From positions 1-64,000 of IMG/VR virus record IMGVR_UViG_2030936005_000025: DNA of 64,000 nucleotides, one strand, 5' to 3'. A program made the translations under genes and the position numbers. The DNA comes from a virus. Its lineage: Duplodnaviria; Caudoviricetes. Of this stretch, positions 46,501 to 53,039 are shown in pieces. The notes under the pieces were generated by a model. That model worked only from the letters and a program-made list of their open reading frames with translations. It was not told where the DNA came from and ran no database searches. Position 1 is the first letter of the stretch; each line of letters opens with the position of its first letter.

Positions 46501-48549
46501 CCGATCCCAGCTTATTTCGTAGTAGGTGCTGGCGATATGTTCGTTCACACTGGTACAACAAAAACAGCTTCGGGCAAGAAAGGTGATCAACTTGATCTTG
46601 TACTGAATATGTTCCGTTATTCCGGTACGCCGACGACCACAACCCTGACAGATTTGACCGCTGGCAGTACAACAGTTGAGTTCTCCCCTGCAAATGTGAT
46701 TGAACTGGTTCCTGGTTCTATTACAGCGCATGGGTATAAGGTGCGTTTCATCAACACCCTGTATCAAGACACAAATACCCAAGTTACCGCTACTGTGAAA
46801 ACAGCATCAGGTAATGTAAGTTATGTGATTGATGTGACTCAGTTGGCTTCTCCTGCTGCACAGCCTGATGTGGTTGGTAATAACACACAGACTGCTGGCA
46901 TCAACCAGACTGGCACCATGCCGTTTAAACTGGTAGATCCAGACACCCAAGAAGACGTCACTTCTGCCGCCACCGTTACTTCTGTCGACAGTAATCCTTA
47001 TGTCGAGTGGGTTGACGGTAAATGGCGAGTGAAATCAGATGTTTCAGCGGATACCCATTCCGATGTAACATTTAATCTGACGATCACTTACCGCGGCATC
47101 ACCAGTGACATGCATGTTACCACGGACTTCCTGATTAAACCATTCGACGGTGTATTCACGTTTGGTAATGTCGAGCCGATCTCTGGTAACGTGTGGGATC
47201 GTGGTACTGCTATTGACATGGGTATTAAAGTCAACGGCAACGCGATCCCGGTAGATTGGATCACAGGTTATCTGGCGACTCCAGAAAGCAACTACGTTAC
47301 TGTTGGAGCTAACGGTGTATGGCAGATTGTTGCGGGCAGTAAAGACGAAGCAATCACCGAAACTGTAGGTTACACAGCGACTGTTGCTGTTCCAGGAACC
47401 ACCTCTTATCCAGCCACTGTTCAAGTGACATACAACATCGGTAAGTACGATGGGGTTGAATTCAAACTTCGACTCACTAATCTGAACGCGGATGATGTGT
47501 TGTTTGGTCAGGCAGGATTGGCGGCTCGTGGTTATCTGGAAGGCAGGTATCGTAATGATCTGATTGGTGGAACTTCAGGATATGGATGGACAGTAATCAC
47601 TCGCGTGAACTTACATCCGACGACGCCGATTTCAGGTGTTAACCTCAGTGGGTCTTCTAAGATCTATGACTTTAATACTGTTGACGCGCCGGCTGCTCGG
47701 GCACAGAACGTGGTTCGTTTCGTTCGCCCTGGTGGTAAAGATCCTAAGACTGATAACACTGCTGTTAAAGATGTTGACTACGTTGATATGGTTATTCCGA
47801 TCACCACCTGGAAATCCGACACACTCGTAGCTGGTCAGACCCCAGATAAGTTTGAAGGTAAACTGGGTGATGTACTGGATGTGAGAGCCAACGCTTACTA
47901 CAGTAGCACCAGACTCAGTCTTGACTCCAGTGTACTTCAAATCACGCCTGACGCCTCCCTGGGTATTGAGATCGTTCCTGACTCTATCACCGCGGATGGT
48001 TTCAAAGTGAGATTCGTTGCTGACGTAACAGAACAGACAACTGTCGCATCTGTTATCACGTACAAGTACACGAATGGATCTACTACTGGAACGGCTACCC
48101 CAGCGTTTACAGTGGTTCAGAATCCAGGAGATGTCAGTCCTGATGTTAACGCCACCGGCACCATGGCACCTATGAAATACGGCGAGACTGGTAACATCGT
48201 CTTGACGGGCACTGTAGGTTCTGATGCACTGGCTGGTAAAGTCACCTTCGTTCCTGAAAGCAGTGACAATAAGGGACTGGTCACGTTCGGTGATCCTGTT
48301 AACAATGAAGACGGTACAGTTTCTATTCCTGTTACCGCTGACAAAGTTGGTAAAGATAACCTGACTATCCATATTACGGTAAATGGTGCAACCGGAAATG
48401 TCTCTGGCAAGGATTATTTGGATGTCATCGTCGCAGCTGAAGTTACCTATGGTGATCTCGGTGAAGGTGATGGCTTTGAAACCAATGCCACAGGCACGAG
48501 CGGTGAACCTGTAACTGTTATTCAATGGACGTACATGCCAGAAGAGTAA
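34555..48549 (+). CDS. Giant (4664 aa) Ig-like repeat tail fibre or virion appendage protein
   Basis: Uninterrupted 14-kb ORF, AGGAG RBS, Thr/Val/Gly-rich modules of about 100 aa with recurring K[IV]WDxG and [KA][YW]DG motifs. Confidence 0.85.
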   Translation: MAELIKVNKKVINDPLFTPVIAFLKERIANLEINGPEDELALSKQRYDGLVAGDLVIESAVRFPDNVVRVCIISRKTGFARVDLDIKYAKMKDILEDFTVPLVEIEDVDHLKTYVKANSDIEPTLLYLKYKDTYGVLITQDQAKTHEGPMTAFGNLFFENYTTTRESLNSIDWESLECGTVTITDPSFGQGVYPLFIYELVLAEAQLPEITSNLPTSITSRRGETFDIPNTYWFAGTQDITTTATVELSTKLGYANLERSSDLLQIDGETIYGSADQEITDTIVVRVSYDWNGKLVRKNFYIELKIEKDLPSELVITSVPTEVKATSGDIVELTLTAKLRGDKVEILIPPTMLRSQKGFGNLAYVKTNKDLTMVYRGKVNVSWPRDVEQVADLWYAEFSYNDAGTIIKNTAYINSILVKPETLPAFTVTGVPTLLQGYKNQTGKYKPTVMYGEQEIALTQVQIDTGVQGSKQLVDITEVTDAGVSWKLIDDSQTPGTAIRDSFTQTYEWLDPRGVLQTKSFVIQVNVLLDSIVELVPVPPQPRNVVRYQTGGPTFTFMVNGTPRSGLIRTIRVDPIADPKKQYIVNNPKANNQWMVALADETGPVDYTANFTITALVDGVIKTYKFPQEFIIAKYVPGTNDTGSNTGPGGNTGPTDPTSPGGEGNPNSPGSGDGPYNTNIKAEPLSYSIGDKGEKSAKLTFKVLEGTTDITADCHLLTESTVTPSNVSFDNLTYDADNNVFVVDYTKLGKGQSEGAVFACKKADANPAKVDIARIWINTKIGIGDGPPVDDSDPDNPGGGPAPGETGTGPGGSTGPTDPTEPGGDQNPDSPGEGDGPYNADITAVPTSFTIGGESDKNYKMSFKIFQGTEDVTAKSEIMSDYTVLPEFVTLNPITYDATNNVFVMTYTKDKGGESQGAIFAKLKATQNPTKKEIARVWLNVNITQTKILKVINPPKSINLDVGVGNDFPLTVEFSGKEINLLEPGLTIEKTPVTDTRIEVIDLNAILLMNDTWSYVGTTNKEVSGFKLTYVDPEDKKEYTTSFPFDIYVTYPALELKYTGPQEINAKIWDTGTFPIQLIAGTKDFTSSIVATSVVTGKKYVSVNKLDWDVILAESTATSQIVGLNIGWRVGKSSGNFPADFKFNLAAWDGITFAETAHSPEKIEGASGDKGEFTASFIYKGKDATATTKFDKASSTIPDTVILGTPAYDADKGLVIPYELTLGGDFPMTLVFVSPSDPDMTVSINVDTSVAWPDDINIVNKGDNVRGYWNDSVTYPLVINVAGTPVNLTDANLSLNFSSGDDNPIELTEAKETSLILLLAKGGDLGTSYDYTITIDLEYTNQATGKVYNKQIEVPATIRVPDVKATNNPTINANVFDIGKIPVTLVDERGKTIEITKWGLSGAGTNVILMDPSNWYITNGSTIGSVPGELPLRLGYTMGGVERTIDVLEKFTIAKWDGVYFKATTKVVKIEGNGGDTGEIPFEFTYQGLPSVGVTLDRSRSDIPDNIAIGELDDENNLTYTLSGQDEGDLKLCFVRPDAIEPMQEGRDYALVSFSVKTTSTNLPFTLESSDNKVDVDWGKTATVKFVVKYGDKVVPNDTPGLKITLADAAVHGISIQKVTKDGIEIKGIRSDVAGSTKSYAETFNVSYEVGAPEPKQVSFDTTANVSMGAATIFNNNDVKVKIWDTGSFAQVVQFNGITLNTIDHFEIQNSADNKYIEVTPPRGYEVIGAEIATGSQEIPMTVYYRVDGTTELQKLDFKATFTITGSTSVRFKVTPSPTKVEGSLNNESVVRCTPIYKDKPVGGRATFKPALSTIPPQLTLKDFKVVNNDYVITFVGAKGGLATMDLVFWAPDVTDPPKARDVATATFDVKVMGELGLEIGTRDNLLTGKNADTGTYRLQILFGGIPIDAAADIASGNLTATREAGVPSSMNANVITIDKWNAESYDYTLAGCVQPNATVNVSDFINLTYKYGGTNYTRRVEIPLKYTSSTPDFTGWPTAYLKVFSKGTLSPTVKCDGVTINGINSIANYGDTDDAYVTLGGTTKQYEIFNGDTVDITHLVHARVIGLYRNWTWTAEIDIPFNILAWNQRTWDPTLSGAPWSVYMDLTGTATRQVNLTAYYRNGLYSGFSSKTGDLIYRDKTDLLGLVGLDYSAYASATTQFYRMTAKKPGKGTLKLSFRNPESTTVPGKEGVDYTNVDYDVEVKENTLIGSTSGTPTGGNGDTATITLVVRQESNNSQIQNTNQYLEIATVNEDVFKITSKAASTITVLVTAPLSVPDGVVNVPMTFKYTDPNTGFVTKGTFDYPFIIKRPSDYPTVRQTNTVQTYRLFDYGPNPFTVTSEGQNVSAKVIPISCNDTISAGVGTGNQPPYMEMSYNDPVDGNWFWITKVFNVSQSQGRVSEWVIRVPYRGSTVDITARFSYNLYGGTNITEFYVAANQSKFLTMKVGDQVTLPFTIKYRNLAYGKAVFKPDAVATEQGYPTPFSENYKFIKQEYDPSTQLTNITFEVVKLNLNATVPFIFDLKADQTNPVMNSNRGLGFSVAYGLTITPSTDNIWNMWQTRFLSGMVSIKDGSTELVSSCTVLSVSSPLFVQQSTGVNPRFALQSDVAIPAQKLDVVYEIQLPAAYFNTVIKVTIPANINEYDGVEFYIERNGSGPSWPVAAIGSTKVAVDYLWCYYRGSRMTASLIPSQVTSTTAALREKNKDVDGGSGLIWNGMSYNTSSNLQFLSFSSGRQINGKDVVFPIDYKGPGYDNYPVGTKGKNYFEYTVPAAKFYENALYPYPSDKVIDQVQGSKGDRVNVPITFTVGKDFTDNPILPGNLTSWVIINASDLAGVVSKPSSNPNTATGIVLQVNLDNRGDDVLVNVPIRFTYNTTYRGTSINSSVDMTVPLLIKGTGTGDQVVVTPGTFTNSRVWDVSGPALAITVNGVAITYNQITDIQIAPNPYIRRPEVNPNTTSRWFEIYNGKTDGPTQTTATFTVTFNDGARTRTITQDVPITIQKYSGSPWAITVMVPNNPNNTTYNIGLSGYLNSYQNLSLMVYYKNAALTEAFASTIGMDVTAGSFDTPGFSNPTTQQYYYVTAGNTNPGPCFQILFRAGAVDTLEKKAGKIKFGFLNKLTDPNSVEGQDWVYVDVSCLTYVSGKTYIYEQGVTEFTSKYTNPITKVKLPFKIRRDNQMVGLNVTSYNPALSNQGNLALVFNESDVATNITVGFNAELVSQKQQTLDTIVWIGNGQNNTLSAQGVVRATQISNYDFPTVGTVNSVNAQLNQRGGLPFTLKDDSGNDITSTATITAISTNDYVKLDSGQWLCYSVRSADTQIQVTFTYQLTYKGNLLTMKQDVPFVIKPFTGQPTVSDVQVVNGKVWDIGSKIPFTININGNPVPSTWITALTGTSANNRVQVTSLAEPWYIVAGSKDAAVSDTVSYVATVTDGTNTWTVKQDVVFNIAKYDGVELSARILTSGGGNAELQTVFYPYNATSIVGIIFNLYSKGRLVANTGIASLNVGKGLVASGTSASGANATCNIKGNNTVSGNTETSMTVQLTIRGSAATTEGIDILTVTIPVFMVQGTGQLLVHPRTTKAMTGKYGTPVSLDAYLIKYVSEAGSRFVDLTTGNTTITFAPSDVITLVPGSITAQGYKVNFASRLYADTVKDVVVTVTNGGVSKTYTLNTTQLASPADQPDVKDNNGQTASVNQSGAMPFKLVDPDTQEDVTSKATISSIASNDYIELVNGKWYAKKDVATDTHTNVTFTLTLNYRDKDIGMDVVVDFLIKPFDGKFTVTDKKDITAKVWDRGTVPPFGLSVNGNPVPTSWITSWETSPTDTYVAVAANGSWQVIAGDQTKGVTVTVGYAANITVPGGNTTKNVTQVTFNISQYDGIEFKLNLANLQAGNKELQAIFLTYNASSTNGIYFEGRYRGDLVPSPIGVSLSGGYLRIGNGPINGASSVAWAVQPSGAPARGTAAWTARIKRASSAGNIENSDVASLPIPAYFVVGAGDMFVHTGTTKTASGKKGDQLDLVLNMFRYSGTPTTTTLTDLTAGSTTVEFSPANVIELVPGSITAHGYKVRFINTLYQDTNTQVTATVKTASGNVSYVIDVTQLASPAAQPDVVGNNTQTAGINQTGTMPFKLVDPDTQEDVTSAATVTSVDSNPYVEWVDGKWRVKSDVSADTHSDVTFNLTITYRGITSDMHVTTDFLIKPFDGVFTFGNVEPISGNVWDRGTAIDMGIKVNGNAIPVDWITGYLATPESNYVTVGANGVWQIVAGSKDEAITETVGYTATVAVPGTTSYPATVQVTYNIGKYDGVEFKLRLTNLNADDVLFGQAGLAARGYLEGRYRNDLIGGTSGYGWTVITRVNLHPTTPISGVNLSGSSKIYDFNTVDAPAARAQNVVRFVRPGGKDPKTDNTAVKDVDYVDMVIPITTWKSDTLVAGQTPDKFEGKLGDVLDVRANAYYSSTRLSLDSSVLQITPDASLGIEIVPDSITADGFKVRFVADVTEQTTVASVITYKYTNGSTTGTATPAFTVVQNPGDVSPDVNATGTMAPMKYGETGNIVLTGTVGSDALAGKVTFVPESSDNKGLVTFGDPVNNEDGTVSIPVTADKVGKDNLTIHITVNGATGNVSGKDYLDVIVAAEVTYGDLGEGDGFETNATGTSGEPVTVIQWTYMPEE
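36457..37390 (+). repeat. Tandem duplication (about 162 aa period) of a Gly/Pro/Asp/Thr linker plus one domain
   Basis: TGPGGNTGPTDPTSPGGEGNPNSPGSGDGPYN versus TGPGGSTGPTDPTEPGGDQNPDSPGEGDGPYN. Confidence 0.85.
44296..48117 (+). repeat. Three tandem super-repeats of about 425 aa (four modules each)
   Basis: Equivalent Gln codons at 44296, 45565, 46840 and 48118. CAGTTGGCTTCTCCTGCTG is identical at 45565 and 46840. Confidence 0.85.
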
Positions 48550-48581
48550 TAGATCGTATCCCTTAATAAAGGACTTTATGA

Positions 48582-50153
48582 ATGACCACCGCTAACCAAG
48601 TGTTAAGCGTTAACGGTCAGAAGTTAAGTAATAAGGATCCTGATTTGACAATCACTCTGGACGATCATCCGGTCGTCCAGATTTCTTCTATTCAAGAGGA
48701 GTCCATTACGTACTCCTTCTTGACGAATGTCGAAGCAGAAATCTCTTACAACCTTAACCTGACATTTACGTACAAGAACAAATATCGCCTTGTTGTTCCG
48801 ATGACCTTTGTTCACAAAGTGTTCACGGAGAACTTCGTGATTGCACCTGAGTTGTCAGAACTCTCGACAACCACTGATCATGACTTCACCCTTCTGTTTG
48901 ATGCAACGCTAAACGGAACTGGGAATGCTCGTGACATCTCACTGGACACCGCTAACTCGACATTGAGTGCAGGCATCAGTGTGGTTTCTCAAGCAGCACA
49001 GAGTGACACGCAATACCAGGTTGTCCTGAATGCGCAGTCACCGGTTGAAGCCGATAACACCTTCTTGTTCTTAAGAGAAGGGAAAACCGCCGATGGTAAA
49101 GAAGGCAGTGACTTTGCGAAAGCTGTGATTAAACTGGATATCAAGAATGGTATCAACACAGCCACGTGGGATCCTAACTTCAAAGCCGTGGGTGCAGATC
49201 GAAACTACATCCCAATTACCGTTGTTGATAAAGACGGTAATCCGCTGGAAGGTGTCACCATTTCTTCACTGAACATTACTGCTAATCCGCGTAATGGGGT
49301 GTTGAATGGATACAGTAACACGCTCTTAGCAGGGGATGACGGTCAACCGGGTAGTTACAAAATCCGTGTTGATTTGGATCATTTGCCAGGAACAATTACT
49401 GTTAAGTTGGCACTCTCCTTTAACGGGACTACTTTCACTATTCCTGATGAAGTCTTTACGGTCCCAGCCGGTCCTTATACCGTGACCGTGGATCCAGCTT
49501 CTGTTGTTCAAGATCAAACGGTTGATCTGAGTCTGAACATTATTCAAGCACGTTATGGTGACAGTAACCACAAGTTCACTGGTCGCATTACTGCAATTGA
49601 ATCAACTGAAGATTCGATTACTGTTAACACTCCAACGCCTATCACGATTACCGATGGTGTGGCTTCTATTAATGTCACCGGTAAGAATCCTGCTGAAAGT
49701 ACCATTGCGGCCACTGCACAGGAATATGATAGCAATATGGATGTGTGGCGTGAAGCCGGTGAAATTCACATTTATGTGAAGACTATCGCTGCGCCTGATG
49801 TTGAACCAGAAATCCAAGATGGCACCACAGACATGACTCTGAATCTGTGGGATACACAAGCTATCAATTATAAAGTAATGGCAGGTGAAACGGATATCAC
49901 GTCTAGCGTTACGAATGTCACGGATCAAACTGATCCTAACGACGCGATCGAGCTGGTTAAAGTCGACGATACCCACTGGGGCTTCCAAGCCGTTAAAGCA
50001 CGCACTGATGAGGATCTGGTTATCGATGCTATGGTAGATGTTCACGTTATGTATCAAGGTACCGAGCGTGTCATCCCAATGACTATCGATGTGGTAGTGA
50101 AAGCCAATACTACTGGCATTCCTGAAAACCGCTTCAACGTCGAAATGCTTTAA
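48582..50153 (+). CDS. Ig-like repeat fibre-associated protein, 523 aa (starts mid-module)
   Basis: AAGGA RBS. The N-terminus aligns with the distal part of the giant-protein modules. C-terminal GIPENRFNVEML. Confidence 0.8.
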   Translation: MTTANQVLSVNGQKLSNKDPDLTITLDDHPVVQISSIQEESITYSFLTNVEAEISYNLNLTFTYKNKYRLVVPMTFVHKVFTENFVIAPELSELSTTTDHDFTLLFDATLNGTGNARDISLDTANSTLSAGISVVSQAAQSDTQYQVVLNAQSPVEADNTFLFLREGKTADGKEGSDFAKAVIKLDIKNGINTATWDPNFKAVGADRNYIPITVVDKDGNPLEGVTISSLNITANPRNGVLNGYSNTLLAGDDGQPGSYKIRVDLDHLPGTITVKLALSFNGTTFTIPDEVFTVPAGPYTVTVDPASVVQDQTVDLSLNIIQARYGDSNHKFTGRITAIESTEDSITVNTPTPITITDGVASINVTGKNPAESTIAATAQEYDSNMDVWREAGEIHIYVKTIAAPDVEPEIQDGTTDMTLNLWDTQAINYKVMAGETDITSSVTNVTDQTDPNDAIELVKVDDTHWGFQAVKARTDEDLVIDAMVDVHVMYQGTERVIPMTIDVVVKANTTGIPENRFNVEML

Positions 50154-50162
50154 TTTTAAATA

Positions 50163-50180
50163 GAACCTCTTCGGGGGTTC
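50163..50180 (+). terminator. cUUCGg hairpin between fibre genes
   Basis: GAACCTC-TTCG-GGGGTTC followed by ATTCTTTATT. Confidence 0.6.
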
Positions 50181-50204
50181 ATTCTTTATTACATAGAGGT
50201 AAAA

Positions 50205-51449
50205 ATGGATAAGCAACTTACATTGCTTGAAGGTCAGAGTGGTAGCATCAAAGTCAAACCTACTTTCGAAGGCAAGGCAGCTGCAGATAAGGTTGAACTG
50301 TCGCAGTCACTGAGTAACGCGGATATTCTCCAACTGACCTCGGCACCTGTTGCCAGTGAGAACAACACTGTTGCTACTGTCGCCGTCAAAGTGGGTGCGA
50401 TTGCTGATCTGACCGGTAACCTGGTGTTTAAATACACCGGCAATGAATCTGAAGTCGAAAACATCGGCATCAGTACCAAAGAGATCGGCATTAAAGTTAA
50501 TGCTGCTCAACTGGCGACCCAAGAAGCTCCCTCACCAACCAAGTTCAAGTACACGCCGGGTGCCCAGCTTGTTATCAACGTTCTGTATAAGAATGGCGAT
50601 GAGAATCTGGAAAACACCGATCCACATCTGAATCTGTCTGTGGGTGACTCTGTGTTGGAACTGGTGAGTCGTGATGCGACTGGCGTGACTTTGAAAATCA
50701 AAGACGACGCTGATCCAGCCACTGCTCCAGGTGTTCTGCAACTTCTGGCAACTTACTACTCCGGTAGTTCAAGCACTGACTTGACTCTGGTTGCTAAACC
50801 AAACCTGACTATCGAGACCACTCCACTGAGTCTGACCAATGGTGAAAACCATGCGTTCCCAGTTGTGGTTAAGAAGGGTGATGACGATATTACTTCTTCT
50901 ATCACCAACATTCAGGCCACCGCGGATGAATACTTCACTGTTGATGCCAACGGTAACATCACTGTTATCAAAGCAGATACCGCTGAAGTTCAACGTACCA
51001 TCCACTACACCTTCGACTACACCGAAGATGGTCTGACCTGGACCTACACTGCTGACGTTACTGCGACTATCGCAGCGACCGAAACTCCTGACCAGTTCTC
51101 GCTGACCGATGTGTCAACGCCACTGACGATGGATCTGTGGGCTAAACAGACCCTGAGCTACAAAGTGATGGACGGCGAAACTGATGTTACTTCAAGCGTG
51201 ACCTCTGTGACTGTTAGCAATGCTGACGCGATCAAAGACAAGTTCGAAGTTACTCAGGACGGCGTTACCACGACCTTCCAGTCTGTTAGTTCTAGCAGCA
51301 CTGAGCAGGTTACCGCGACAGCTAACGTTGTTATCGCTGGTACCTACAACGGTCAAGAGTTCAGCCTCCCTGCTGACATCAATCTGGTTACTAACGTTAA
51401 CGACGGTAGCATCCCTACCAACCGTTTCGACGTTCAGATGGATCAGTAA
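50205..51449 (+). CDS. Four-domain Ig-like protein, 414 aa
   Basis: GAGG RBS, N-terminal LLEGQSGSIKVKPTFEGK, C-terminal GSIPTNRFDVQM, high-expression codon choice. Confidence 0.8.
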   Translation: MDKQLTLLEGQSGSIKVKPTFEGKAAADKVELSQSLSNADILQLTSAPVASENNTVATVAVKVGAIADLTGNLVFKYTGNESEVENIGISTKEIGIKVNAAQLATQEAPSPTKFKYTPGAQLVINVLYKNGDENLENTDPHLNLSVGDSVLELVSRDATGVTLKIKDDADPATAPGVLQLLATYYSGSSSTDLTLVAKPNLTIETTPLSLTNGENHAFPVVVKKGDDDITSSITNIQATADEYFTVDANGNITVIKADTAEVQRTIHYTFDYTEDGLTWTYTADVTATIAATETPDQFSLTDVSTPLTMDLWAKQTLSYKVMDGETDVTSSVTSVTVSNADAIKDKFEVTQDGVTTTFQSVSSSSTEQVTATANVVIAGTYNGQEFSLPADINLVTNVNDGSIPTNRFDVQMDQ

Positions 51450-51459
51450 TTTAACGAGC

Positions 51460-51485
51460 GAGAGGGTTCCGAAAGGAGCCTTCTC
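51460..51485 (+). terminator. GAAA-tetraloop hairpin after the 414-aa gene
   Basis: GAGAGGGTTCC-GAAA-GGAGCCTTCTC followed by CTCTTT. Confidence 0.7.
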
Positions 51486-51507
51486 CTCTTTAACATAAGG
51501 AGGTAAT

Positions 51508-52398
51508 GTGAACGCTAAAGTCAATATTCTAGAAGGACAGACCGGACATGTAAAAGTGACCCCTACGTTTGAAGGAAAGTCTGCACTTGGTAAAGTAGAA
51601 ATTGATTGGAGTAACACAGATATGCGAGGGATGGTGATATTGAATAAATCAATGTTGCCGATAGACAATGCCAATGCGTATTTGGTCTTGACTGCATTAG
51701 CTACTTCTCAAGGCACGGGAAAGGTGGTGTTTAAGTACGTGGGAAGTAAATCAGATGTAGAGAATGTAGGGACCGCCACTAAGACGGTTGACATTACGGT
51801 TTCTCCTGCGGTATTAAATGTAGTGAGTGTTTCTCCTACTTATATTAAATGGATTCCAGGACAGGAAACCGATATAGCAATAACCTGGGTTAATGGAACG
51901 CAACCTGTATTAGCAACTAACCCATTACTCGACCTATCCACAACCGGAGACAACATTACGATTGTTTCCCGTAGTGAAACAGGAATAAGAGTGAAGGTTA
52001 ATAGTAATGCTAATGCAACGGCACTTCCGTTAAAAGAACAAGTCATTGTGGCCAAGTATTATTCTGGTCAGGCAAAGACGGTTTTGAACTACGCATTGAA
52101 ACCTGCTTTAACCATTACGTTGAATGGAACCATTAACTTGAAAGGTGTGGGTGCTAAGAGCCCGTTCCCGTTTAAGATTATGGACGGAACCAAAGACGTT
52201 ACCAAGCTTGTTAAAAATATCAAAGCCTCTGACAGTTATCTTAAGTTTAATGATGATGGGAGTTTCGTTGTCATTAAGGTGGATCTATTGGCTGTGGTCA
52301 GAACGGTGACTTACACGTTCGATTACGAAGTGAATGGATTAGTGTGGAGCTATACCACCAAAGCAACTGTTACTATAGGCAACCTCATTAATCTTTGA
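51508..52398 (+). CDS. Three-domain Ig-like protein, 296 aa, paralog of 50205..51449 lacking domain 4
   Basis: AAGGAGG RBS with GTG start, N-terminal ILEGQTGHVKVTPTFEGK, Lys-rich. Confidence 0.8.
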   Translation: MNAKVNILEGQTGHVKVTPTFEGKSALGKVEIDWSNTDMRGMVILNKSMLPIDNANAYLVLTALATSQGTGKVVFKYVGSKSDVENVGTATKTVDITVSPAVLNVVSVSPTYIKWIPGQETDIAITWVNGTQPVLATNPLLDLSTTGDNITIVSRSETGIRVKVNSNANATALPLKEQVIVAKYYSGQAKTVLNYALKPALTITLNGTINLKGVGAKSPFPFKIMDGTKDVTKLVKNIKASDSYLKFNDDGSFVVIKVDLLAVVRTVTYTFDYEVNGLVWSYTTKATVTIGNLINL

Positions 52399-52471
52399 TT
52401 GGTGATTGTTTACGGGTTCTGATAGTCACGATCAGGTAATCCCTTTAAACAAAAAAAATAAAGACTAAACT

Positions 52472-52500
52472 AGAGAACCTACCCATTGGGTAGGTTCTCT
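52472..52500. terminator. Bidirectional terminator at the late/early block boundary
   Basis: AGAGAACCTACCC-ATT-GGGTAGGTTCTCT. Confidence 0.8.
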
Positions 52501-52511
52501 ATTATGTTTGT

Positions 52512-53030
52512 TTAATCGAACTTGTAGTACGGTGAGGATAGAGATTCTTTCGAACCTATTATGAAGTTATAACACTCGGTGCTTTTGTTAAACTTCAATG
52601 CAATAGGAAGAATCGGTTTCGCCACTCGGGTATCGACATACGTCAACAATTCCCCTTTGAAGGTTTCGACTTTATATCGACCCTCATCACCTGACACATG
52701 CTCTTTAGGATGGTCGTACCATTTAGGATACGTGTCCTCCAGTAGCAACTCACATCCAGATAACGAATCGATGTCGTCCAGAAGTTCGCGCGCTTCGAGC
52801 ATGTTCATCCCCATATCACAACCAGAGACTTTCAGATATGGATCACCTTTCTCTGGCGTAACTCGATAGATGAAAGGGTCTTTACTGAAAGACAATGGCT
52901 TAACGTCTGGGCTGTGGATCGCTTCAACCAACCAGATTGACAAAGCCGTCAGATAGAACTTATCCAGACTACGTGTTTGAAGTGGACCACCGATCTGAAT
53001 TTCAAACAGAGTAATAACTTTAATTCCCAC
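52512..53030 (-). CDS. Hypothetical protein, paralog family X
   Basis: LTALSIWL..KPLSF and LPIALKFNK motifs shared with 53419 and 53964. Confidence 0.65.
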   Translation of the reverse strand: MGIKVITLFEIQIGGPLQTRSLDKFYLTALSIWLVEAIHSPDVKPLSFSKDPFIYRVTPEKGDPYLKVSGCDMGMNMLEARELLDDIDSLSGCELLLEDTYPKWYDHPKEHVSGDEGRYKVETFKGELLTYVDTRVAKPILPIALKFNKSTECYNFIIGSKESLSSPYYKFD

Positions 53031-53039
53031 AACTGCTCC

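Noticed and set aside
47632-48525. 297-aa minus-strand ORF inside the giant fibre gene, plus many shorter antisense ORFs in 35-52 kb
   Set aside because: Shadow frames of a Thr/Val/Gly-rich gene, with no protein-like features
48547-48581. Simple stop-codon readthrough joining the giant gene to the next
   Set aside because: Tandem TAA TAG stops, and the next ORF is in a different frame
34555-52398. Diversity-generating retroelement or invertible shufflon acting on the fibre
   Set aside because: No reverse transcriptase or recombinase in the window, no near-identical repeat pair differing only at adenines, and no inverted crossover sites seen by eye
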